Below, piece by piece: positions 19,919 through 28,245 of a stretch of DNA of 56,790 nt. The notes below the pieces were generated by a model. The model did no database searches, was not told where the DNA came from, and saw only the letters and a list, made by a program, of their open reading frames with translations. The DNA lies in IMG/VR virus record IMGVR_UViG_3300046820_001502, positions 1 through 56,790 of that record, one strand, 5' to 3'. A program made the position numbers and the translations under genes. This DNA is from a virus (lineage: Duplodnaviria > Caudoviricetes). The first letter of the stretch is position 1; the number at the start of each line of letters is the position of its first letter.

Positions 19919-22720
19919 ATTAGAGTCAGGTAAATATCTCCACATATAAGGATCTGCATTCTTATACATATGGTATGGAGTTTCACCAACGCGATTCCAA
20001 AATAACATCTCTTCATCAGAAATCTCCATCACATCTTCTAATTTATCTTGATCACCTTCATCAAATGGTTGTCCGTTAATTAATTCGCACTGAACTTTAG
20101 TAAAGAATGGTCTATCTTCAGGATTTTTAACTAACAACCCATTTCTAACTTCTTGTTTGAATACAACCAATAAAGGCTCAACTCGTTTGTTAAAAGTGGC
20201 AATTGCTCGCTGTATATTGTATTCACCTGTCATAGTTGGGTTAGTTTCAATATCAGAAGGATCAACTCGATAACAATTTAATTGAATTATTGAGTCAACG
20301 TTTTCAGGTATTGTAGTTCCCCAATCTCTCAAATAATTATCGATGTGTTCTTGTGACCAACCTTTCTTTGGTTTGTTAACTTTCTGAACATCACCATGAG
20401 ATGCCTTTGTGCCGTTATTAACATAGAATATTACCTCACCAAGATTAGCATTTAGTTTATCTTTAATGGCCAACTCCATATGTGCTTGACGTGACATTAA
20501 TGCTCCTGACTTAGTTTTTGTTTTACTTCGTGCGATGTAATCATCAATTGTTTGTTTTATTTTTGATTTGTTGGCAATATCCATTAAAGGAATTTTTTGG
20601 TCAAATATTTTTTGTACGTATTCATAATACCACTCAACAAACTCTTGTCCTTTACCATCAAGAAGTAATTTAATCCCTTTATCCAAAAACTTCTCAATAT
20701 AGATTGGCATCTTTTTGGATTTGATTGAGTTCCCTGTAAGTTTAATTTTACCTTTTGCTGTGATCAAAGCGTAGTTCTTACGAGCCAAGTTAATACATGC
20801 TGGCCATTGACCGTCAGTATCAAGTGCCATCTCACCTCTCATCGCAAAATCATTAAACTCCATTACGTCGGCTTCTTCACCAATATATTCTTTACCCTCA
20901 ACAACTTTCCAGTTTAACCCTTTACCAACATACTTTCTTGTCTCTACTCCATCAGGAACAGAAAAGTTAATACCGTCCGTGTCCATTACAAGAGGTGTAT
21001 ATCCACGATCCATAAAGAAGTGAATCATCATGCGAAGATACTGACGACCCGTACAAGTAATCATCTCACCTTTATCCATATCACCCCAATGGAATACTTG
21101 AGGTGCGGATAATGCACCGAACATCGAGTTAATAAAGATCTTAATTGGTAATTGTTTACGGTCATAAGATGTTGATTTCTTTTTATCAATACTTGCGTAT
21201 TCCTCAGCGAGTTGTTTGTATTTGATACGAGTGTTACGGAAGTAAGATAATAAACCTTTCATCGCGCCTGTCACATCACACTCGGGGAATACATCGTGTA
21301 CTAACTGAATAGATGGATATAGAGACGAGTAGTCAAGTTTTAATACGTTTCTTGAGTATCCTGTTCGGATCAATCGAGAAAGTCCTCCTACGAAGTTCCC
21401 TTTATCATTCTTAGCAGGAATTGCCAAGTTATGTTTATAAGACCATGCTAACATTAACATTTTCCATAATGTTGCGGTACCCATAGTTGAAACTCTTTCA
21501 TATGTTGTTGGAAGTAATGATGCCAACAAGAATGACCCTTGATTGAATTCCTCATCGACCAATAGAGTTTCTTCTAAGTCATCATCAAGGTAACGCTCAA
21601 TAATATCGTCCCCCGTTGTTTTAATATAAACTTTAGAATGTCTTCCACAAACATCATCGATCTTTAAATCTACTCCGACTTTCTTGTACTTACCATTTTC
21701 AATATTCAACCAATACTCTTCTTTGTCTCGATACATAGAACCAATCTTATCGTGATCAACATAAACACGATCAGGAGCTTCAGCCTCAATATATTTGGTA
21801 ATATATTTCAAACCGGCTTCTTTAATATTTGAATTGATTGCTTGTGCTCTACGGACTGAATGTAAAATATCAATAATGTTATAACCCCACATTTGAGTTT
21901 GATTAAATTTCTCAACCTCATTTGCCAATTTCAACATCGACTCTTTCATCGAGATTGATTTGTCGGGATTTAAAGACTTTGCAATTCTTTTTACATCAAG
22001 ATTTAACGCCTTACACCTTTCATAGATCCAATACCAGTCAAAGTTGAATGAGTTATATCCTGAAAGAATTGAAGGTTTGATGTCGTCGATTATATTAAAG
22101 AATTCAACTAACCCTCTTCTTTCATCATCAGGTGTTGCACACTCAATAACTTTTTTATATCCTTTGTTTGTTTTAATTCCAATCATGAAGATACGACCAT
22201 CCTTGGGCTCAAGTGAGGTCGTCTCCAAGTCGAATACCATCCTCGTGATGTCGTTGTATTCTTCGAATCCTTTGAATAGTCGTTTCTCTTTTGAGATGAG
22301 GTATTGCTCAACAGGAGGAAGTACCATGATGAGGTCTTTTGTTTTTTCACCCCAAGGATCTAATCCACCCTCTCTAAAAAATTGTATTAGGTTTCGATAA
22401 CCTTTCATAGACTTAACCATAAATGTAAGTCCTCGTTCTAAACGATCGTTATCTTCTGTTCGAAGTTTCTCAATCATAATACCATGTTTGGTCATGGCTT
22501 CTTTCTGTAAAGCTTTTGATGATGAGTAAAAATTTTGACCACGTAGATCACCAACCCAAGCAAATGAGATTAATGTGTCTCGTTGAATCTGTTTCCCTTT
22601 ACCGGGAACTTCTTTGATTTTGTAGATTTTATCAGATACGTAATCGTATTCTACGGATACGATGAATTCCTCGGGGTCATTACCCACAAGGAAGCTTTCA
22701 ATTTCTTCTTGTGATATCAT
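19889..22720 (-). CDS. Family B DNA polymerase
   Basis: Exo motifs FDLETT and GYNSFNFDW; polymerase motifs LDYSSLYPS, KIFINSMFG, MDTDG; no intein seen. Confidence 0.95.
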   Translation of the reverse strand: MISQEEIESFLVGNDPEEFIVSVEYDYVSDKIYKIKEVPGKGKQIQRDTLISFAWVGDLRGQNFYSSSKALQKEAMTKHGIMIEKLRTEDNDRLERGLTFMVKSMKGYRNLIQFFREGGLDPWGEKTKDLIMVLPPVEQYLISKEKRLFKGFEEYNDITRMVFDLETTSLEPKDGRIFMIGIKTNKGYKKVIECATPDDERRGLVEFFNIIDDIKPSILSGYNSFNFDWYWIYERCKALNLDVKRIAKSLNPDKSISMKESMLKLANEVEKFNQTQMWGYNIIDILHSVRRAQAINSNIKEAGLKYITKYIEAEAPDRVYVDHDKIGSMYRDKEEYWLNIENGKYKKVGVDLKIDDVCGRHSKVYIKTTGDDIIERYLDDDLEETLLVDEEFNQGSFLLASLLPTTYERVSTMGTATLWKMLMLAWSYKHNLAIPAKNDKGNFVGGLSRLIRTGYSRNVLKLDYSSLYPSIQLVHDVFPECDVTGAMKGLLSYFRNTRIKYKQLAEEYASIDKKKSTSYDRKQLPIKIFINSMFGALSAPQVFHWGDMDKGEMITCTGRQYLRMMIHFFMDRGYTPLVMDTDGINFSVPDGVETRKYVGKGLNWKVVEGKEYIGEEADVMEFNDFAMRGEMALDTDGQWPACINLARKNYALITAKGKIKLTGNSIKSKKMPIYIEKFLDKGIKLLLDGKGQEFVEWYYEYVQKIFDQKIPLMDIANKSKIKQTIDDYIARSKTKTKSGALMSRQAHMELAIKDKLNANLGEVIFYVNNGTKASHGDVQKVNKPKKGWSQEHIDNYLRDWGTTIPENVDSIIQLNCYRVDPSDIETNPTMTGEYNIQRAIATFNKRVEPLLVVFKQEVRNGLLVKNPEDRPFFTKVQCELINGQPFDEGDQDKLEDVMEISDEEMLFWNRVGETPYHMYKNADPYMWRYLPDSNLFHLETVGG

Positions 22721-22747
22721 ATATTTTTTTACTTTTGGTGTATTAGC

Positions 22748-22780
22748 TACCGAATTAGGTCGGCATTTACCTTCGTAAAT
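22748..22780 (-). promoter_or_regulatory. Two adjacent hairpins in the polymerase 5' leader
   Basis: Minus strand: ATTTAC-GAAG-GTAAAT and TGCCGA-CCTAAT-TCGGTA, about 27-60 nt upstream of the ATG. Confidence 0.45.
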
Positions 22781-22781
22781 A

Positions 22782-22810
22782 AATATAAATGAAAGGATTT
22801 ATCTTATCAA
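22782..22810 (-). promoter_or_regulatory. Sigma70-like promoter for the DNA polymerase (TTGATA-N17-TATATT)
   Basis: Same -35 hexamer and spacing as the helicase element. Confidence 0.45.
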
Positions 22811-23649
22811 CAGATGTATTCTGAATTTTGTAAAACTCCGTTTATAAATTGGATCACAGCAAATGATCCATCTAACCACATTATGAAATATCCTGTGTCG
22901 TTTGTCGGATAACAAGTGGTTTCATTTGCAAATGCTAGTGACCCAACAGTTGGTCCATTAACATTAAAATATCTATCATAATATCCATCATAATTACATA
23001 GAGTGTTTCTTAAACAATATAACGCCTCACATGCCCTATCCCTATCGTTTGTAAAATCACCGTGTAAGGTAGTTGAATAGATCAACTCTTCGTATCTTGG
23101 GTGAGGACAAATCGGTTGGTTAGGCGTTTGTGTTGGAGTTAAAGTTGGTGTCGGTGTTGGTGTTACCGTACTAGTTGGTGTAGGACTTATAACTGGTTCT
23201 CTTGTCGGTGTTGGTGTTGGTGATGGAAGTGGGGTAACACAACAATTATATTCTAAAACATAACAATTATTGTATGGTAGATCAGTCGCAATATAACTCT
23301 CAACAATATTAATAAATAATGGCTCTCTTATTGGTAAAACTAAAGTACCTGTGTCATTTATAAACATAAACTGACCTTCATACCTACCAATTTTACTTGT
23401 ATCTTGTTGAGTAAATCTATAATAAACATAATACTCAGGAGATGCATTTGGGTCCATGTCTATTTTTTCAACAAATCCAGCGGACTTTGTATAGACTTTT
23501 GGGATACCGTTGTCGGTATTTACCATAGTAAAAAAAATAGAGGATCTCTCTATGAACTCCATCATAGAGTTATAACTCTCAATACCATCATTAACAACTT
23601 GAAGTTTAAGTAAGGGTAGAGTTGAATTTTGACCTATTGTAAATTCCAT
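22807..23649 (-). CDS. Putative virion protein: BppU-like N-terminal domain, Pro/Thr linker, Cys-containing C-terminus
   Basis: N-terminus paralogous to 26656..28218 (YYVYYRFT...GRYEGQF); PTPTPT tract. Confidence 0.6.
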   Translation of the reverse strand: MEFTIGQNSTLPLLKLQVVNDGIESYNSMMEFIERSSIFFTMVNTDNGIPKVYTKSAGFVEKIDMDPNASPEYYVYYRFTQQDTSKIGRYEGQFMFINDTGTLVLPIREPLFINIVESYIATDLPYNNCYVLEYNCCVTPLPSPTPTPTREPVISPTPTSTVTPTPTPTLTPTQTPNQPICPHPRYEELIYSTTLHGDFTNDRDRACEALYCLRNTLCNYDGYYDRYFNVNGPTVGSLAFANETTCYPTNDTGYFIMWLDGSFAVIQFINGVLQNSEYIC

Positions 23650-23709
23650 CTATTCTTTTATCTATAAATATTAGAAAAGAAGTTTACTAAATAATTTAAT
23701 TTAAATTAC

Positions 23710-23967
23710 TTATTTTTTGGTAAGTTCCATATAATATTGCAACCCTGATTTTTTATCCGGCACAATATCATCATCTTTTAATTCGTTACTACCTAAATAT
23801 ACAATCTCTTTTTCGATTGTATAAAGGTCTAAGAATTTATTTGTTTTTTTAATTTCTGTTTTAAAATCGGCGACTGCGATGTTGTCGTTTAAATTAAGTG
23901 AAGTAACGTAATTTTGTAAATTACCTTGACCTTTTAGTTTTACTGTTATTTGTGTTTGATATTTCAT
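23710..23967 (-). CDS. Hypothetical 85-aa protein, possible ubiquitin-like (beta-grasp) fold
   Basis: ATG at 23967 right after the upstream stop; ITVKLKG...VADFKTEIKK...IVYLGSNELKDDDIV. Confidence 0.5.
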   Translation of the reverse strand: MKYQTQITVKLKGQGNLQNYVTSLNLNDNIAVADFKTEIKKTNKFLDLYTIEKEIVYLGSNELKDDDIVPDKKSGLQYYMELTKK

Positions 23968-23968
23968 T

Positions 23969-26020
23969 TTAATCCCACCATATATAATCATTTATCATAT
24001 CCCAACTGGTATATTCATTATCTATTGTTATTTGTTTTACATCATCATCAGAAATCATCGTTAGTAAGTATTGACCATCAATACTATTTTTTATCACATA
24101 TCTATCTTTAACCGAATAAATATCACTCCAATAATCATCCTCAACAATAATACTATTTAGTAATGCTCCATTAAAATTATATAGATTAACCCTTAAGTTA
24201 TCTGAATTGGTAAGATAAACATATAAGAAATTATTTCTACCAATACTTAAATCTCTTTCACCTGAATCCTCGGGTAAACTAAATTGATTACTTAACGAAT
24301 CTTTAGTTAAAACTCTAGCCGTTGAATTTTGAGAATTGTATAAAACAATATTTGAGTTACTATAATAGTATTCTTGAGTATAATAACCATTTGATGTATT
24401 AACATCTTGATATACCTCTATTTGTGTATACCCCGTTACTTGATTATTAACATAGTAACCATTAGTGTAATTAGTTAAGTAAAATGTTTCATAACTTGTC
24501 CAAATATTAAAACCTTCAGGTGTTGAAAATTCTAATGTGTCAATTACTTCACCATTTAAGAATAACATATTATTACTCACTGTATTACCTTCTGTGTTGT
24601 AAGAATAATTAAAATAATCTCCAAACCAATTAGTGTTCGTTCCGTTTATATCATCATAACTAACATTTGTTGACGTAAGATTAACACCATCTTCAGTTAT
24701 TGAAAAAACTACTGAATTAGTATCTCCTGTAGAACAGAATGTGTAAAAGGTCTTATTACCCCAAGAATACGGATAAAAAGTTTTATCATTTGAACCGCTA
24801 TCTTGGAAAGTATAAGTCGTAAGTTCGGTTTGATTTTCTAATCTGTAAATAATATCTAAATAACTAACCTCGTAACCTCCACCATTAAAATAGGTACCAA
24901 GACCATTATATAATATAATAAAAATACCACCCGTAGGGACATCACTAGGGAAAAAATTTGTTTCATACTGAATACTGATACTTGTGTAATTAGTACCCCT
25001 TGTGTGTGTTGTTGATGAAACATAGTCAGTGACACCATTATAGTTGTAAATTAAATAATCAATATTACTATCAGCACTGTTCCACATTATGATATTAAAT
25101 GATTGATTACCATACCATTCTAAATTCCAAGATTCGTATGTGTTTGGTGTTATTGATAAATTAGCCGTTTCAGTAAGTGATGTGTCATAAATTTTTAAAG
25201 AACTAAGTGTACCGTCACTTATTAAATAAGATAGTTCGTAAAAATAATTTGAGGAGTAATATGTTCCGTAGTATCTTTGCTCGACTGTCGAATCCCAAGA
25301 ATCTATTAATTGAGTAGATCCGTTATAATTTACTTTATATGAATATCCTGTGTTATTGTCACTATTATTAATTATAAAAAAGAACGAACCATCTAAACAA
25401 GTACTATCCCAATCCCATTGAATATCTAAACTCTCTATAAGTGGATCATATGTATATTGATAAACTGATTGACCATTAAACCAATATAATAAACCAGCAT
25501 CAGGGTCTTGGAAATATACAATTCTACCGTCTAACACATCAGTTTGAGAGTCTATCGTAATTGCGCTGAATTGATCAACAATATTTCCGTTTTCATCTAA
25601 AAATAACGTTAAACGTGCATTATCCGTATAATTATAAAAACTTAATGCACTACCACTTTCAGATAACGGGTACCAATCATTACTACTCCAATATGTTGTA
25701 TCAATATCAAGATCTATAACTTCAGCGGTAAAATCATTAAAGTTTAAGATTCCTAAACTGAAAGTAGTTTCCCCCGATACATTACCTAATTGCATATAAT
25801 TTTGGTTTTGTCCGTAAGGTTGTTGTACATTTAATCTGTAAACATAATCATATGTTATTGATGAAAGTATATATTCACCATAAGGAAGTTCACTATAATA
25901 GTTAAATGGTATTGTTTTAATACCCAAATCTATTGGTGTCCCACCTGTCATTGGTTGGAAAACAACGTTAACGGTCTGACCGATTAGGTTTTCACTTGTA
26001 ATTCTAACTCCTATTGCCAT
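23969..26020 (-). CDS. Putative virion protein, beta-rich (propeller-like), Tyr/Asn/Asp-rich
   Basis: 683 aa; N-terminal module shared with 53615..54043; TATTTAT motif upstream. Confidence 0.55.
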   Translation of the reverse strand: MAIGVRITSENLIGQTVNVVFQPMTGGTPIDLGIKTIPFNYYSELPYGEYILSSITYDYVYRLNVQQPYGQNQNYMQLGNVSGETTFSLGILNFNDFTAEVIDLDIDTTYWSSNDWYPLSESGSALSFYNYTDNARLTLFLDENGNIVDQFSAITIDSQTDVLDGRIVYFQDPDAGLLYWFNGQSVYQYTYDPLIESLDIQWDWDSTCLDGSFFFIINNSDNNTGYSYKVNYNGSTQLIDSWDSTVEQRYYGTYYSSNYFYELSYLISDGTLSSLKIYDTSLTETANLSITPNTYESWNLEWYGNQSFNIIMWNSADSNIDYLIYNYNGVTDYVSSTTHTRGTNYTSISIQYETNFFPSDVPTGGIFIILYNGLGTYFNGGGYEVSYLDIIYRLENQTELTTYTFQDSGSNDKTFYPYSWGNKTFYTFCSTGDTNSVVFSITEDGVNLTSTNVSYDDINGTNTNWFGDYFNYSYNTEGNTVSNNMLFLNGEVIDTLEFSTPEGFNIWTSYETFYLTNYTNGYYVNNQVTGYTQIEVYQDVNTSNGYYTQEYYYSNSNIVLYNSQNSTARVLTKDSLSNQFSLPEDSGERDLSIGRNNFLYVYLTNSDNLRVNLYNFNGALLNSIIVEDDYWSDIYSVKDRYVIKNSIDGQYLLTMISDDDVKQITIDNEYTSWDMINDYIWWD

Positions 26021-26131
26021 TTTGTTTTTATTTTATAAATATCATTTACTTTTTATTTGTTTAATATAACTCACTATAAAATCCCTCCTATTTAAAATGT
26101 TATTAATTGTACCATGTAATTAAAATCCCAA

Positions 26132-26638
26132 TTAACTTACTTTAATATAACCGTAATATACTATTTGAGATGATCCACTGTTATTGGTTATGCCAAATGT
26201 AAAGGTATTTGAATTTGAAACTGCCGGAGATGAGGTAATAATAGTTCCCGCAGTTCCAACTATCTGACTTGGTATTGAGGTTAAAACCAAAGCATTTCCT
26301 GCAAGATAATACCAACCATACTGAACACCTATTACAGGTACATTATTGTTTGATAATGTTACTGTTGCATTCCAATTAACAATACCGTTTGGAATATTTC
26401 CATTCACCCACATAACATATGATTGACCTGCAGGAACTGTAAAACTAACAGTATTTGTACCTGCAGATAATGTCCAACTTCCTGTGACGGGGGATATCGC
26501 ACTTTGTGAATACCCACTAAATAATGTTTCTTTAGTTATTTTGAATGATTCTGTGTTACCACTATTGTTCATAACAAGAAAAACACCATTTGTGTTTCCT
26601 GTGTATGTTTGTAAATCTGATATTAATGTGTTTGCCAT
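26132..26638 (-). CDS. Small fibre/virion protein (putative)
   Basis: 168 aa, beta-rich, N-terminal LISDL fibre-like motif; TATTTAT upstream. Confidence 0.5.
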   Translation of the reverse strand: MANTLISDLQTYTGNTNGVFLVMNNSGNTESFKITKETLFSGYSQSAISPVTGSWTLSAGTNTVSFTVPAGQSYVMWVNGNIPNGIVNWNATVTLSNNNVPVIGVQYGWYYLAGNALVLTSIPSQIVGTAGTIITSSPAVSNSNTFTFGITNNSGSSQIVYYGYIKVS

Positions 26639-26655
26639 TTTTATAAATATTAATT

Positions 26656-28218
26656 TTAATGTTGATATTCTATTCCATCACCATTTTGAGCGGTTAATAT
26701 GTTACCATTCTGAGCTAATATAAAGAATGGTTCTGTTGGTGTAGGTGTAATAGTTGGTGTAGGTGTAATAGTTGAAGTAACACTCGGTGTTGGGGTTGGT
26801 GTTTGCGTTACCGTTACCGTGGGGGTTATGGTTGGTGTAGGTGTTGGTGGTAATATTATTTCATATGACACGCATACCTGTTCTCCCGCAACAAAATCAA
26901 CAGGAGATGATTGTATTAATATTAATTGAGATGTTGGCCCACCAAAACCACCATTTATAAAACCACCAAAATCAGGATAAAATGAATTTTGATCTCCTTG
27001 ATATATTGAGGTATTACCATTTTGACTGAATGATATTAAATAATTGTTTGATAATAATTGATCATAGTAATCATATAAATTATTACCTAAATCATCCACA
27101 GATGCAAAATCAACTCCATTAATATCAAAAGTGTTTGGGTTAAGTATACCTTCAACGGAACTTGGATTTGTGAATTCAGGGAATATTATATTACCAGATT
27201 CAGGATAAAAATAAGGTAATGTTATTAAATTAAATAAACCTCCGCCACATGTTAATACTTCTGGTGTTAAATCATTATTTGGTATTATTTCAGAACCTAA
27301 ACCATCGTTTGGTATTTGATTATCATTTAAATCATTTAAAGGTATAAATCCACCATTTAAATCATTATTTGGTATAAATCCACCATTTAAATCATTATTT
27401 GGTATAAATCCACCATTTAAATCATTATTTGGAATATTATTACCGGTAAGATCGCCATTAGGTATATTATTACCAAGTAAATCATTATCGGGTATATTTT
27501 GATCACCCAAATCATTATTAGGTATTACCAAATACTCAAAATCATTTGGTGGTGCAGGAGTACTTGTTGGTGTTAAAGTTGGGGTCGGTGTAGGTGTTGG
27601 TGACGATCCTTCAGTTGGGGTCGGTGTTAAAGTTGGAGTCGGTGTAGGTGACGATCCTTGTGACGGTGTAATTGAGACAGTAACCGTTGGGGTTGGTGTT
27701 TGAGTTACAGTTGGTGTTGGTACAATAGTAGTTGTTGTAGTTGTTGGTATTACAGTTGTTGTGGTTGTTGTAATTGGTGGTACAGGGGGTATTATTCCTC
27801 CTGATTTACAACAGGGAAAATCAACAACATAACAGCTTTGATATTCCATATCATCCAGAATAAAACTGTCCGTTACATTAATATAAATTTCTTGATTTAA
27901 TGGTAAGGTTAGAATTCCTGTTTCATTTCTAACTAAAAACTGGCCTTTATATCTACCAACGACTTTAGTATCAAAAGGTGTGAATTGATAATAAACGTAA
28001 TATTGTAGTTCTTCATTATTATTGAAATCTTGTTTTTCCTTTAATCCCGCAGGTCGAGAAGTTATTTTAGGAATACCCGTTACGGTGTCCACCATGGAAA
28101 AAAAAATATCCGTACCCGAAAGGAACCTCATGGTTCTATCGTAGTCACTTCTCCCATCTTTAATAATGTTAATTTTTAGAACAGGAAGGGTCGCATTTTT
28201 TTTGATAAAAAATTCCAT
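26656..28218 (-). CDS. Putative virion protein: BppU-like N-domain, mucin-like Thr/Pro tracts, 9x IPNNDL repeat
   Basis: ATG at 28218 (MEFFIKKNATLP) preferred by alignment with the paralog at 23649. Confidence 0.6.
   Translation of the reverse strand: MEFFIKKNATLPVLKINIIKDGRSDYDRTMRFLSGTDIFFSMVDTVTGIPKITSRPAGLKEKQDFNNNEELQYYVYYQFTPFDTKVVGRYKGQFLVRNETGILTLPLNQEIYINVTDSFILDDMEYQSCYVVDFPCCKSGGIIPPVPPITTTTTTVIPTTTTTTIVPTPTVTQTPTPTVTVSITPSQGSSPTPTPTLTPTPTEGSSPTPTPTPTLTPTSTPAPPNDFEYLVIPNNDLGDQNIPDNDLLGNNIPNGDLTGNNIPNNDLNGGFIPNNDLNGGFIPNNDLNGGFIPLNDLNDNQIPNDGLGSEIIPNNDLTPEVLTCGGGLFNLITLPYFYPESGNIIFPEFTNPSSVEGILNPNTFDINGVDFASVDDLGNNLYDYYDQLLSNNYLISFSQNGNTSIYQGDQNSFYPDFGGFINGGFGGPTSQLILIQSSPVDFVAGEQVCVSYEIILPPTPTPTITPTVTVTQTPTPTPSVTSTITPTPTITPTPTEPFFILAQNGNILTAQNGDGIEYQH
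27256..27525 (-). repeat. 30-nt tandem repeat x9 encoding IPNNDLxxxx
   Basis: IPNNDLGDQN, IPDNDLLGNN, IPNGDLTGNN, IPNNDLNGGF x3, IPLNDLNDNQ, IPNDGLGSEI, IPNNDLTPEV. Confidence 0.9.
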
Positions 28219-28245
28219 TAAACCTTTTATCAATAAATACTCCGT

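Noticed and set aside
19889-22720. Intein or intron in the DNA polymerase
   Set aside because: Motifs are continuous in a 943-aa frame; no intein splice-junction or homing endonuclease motifs seen
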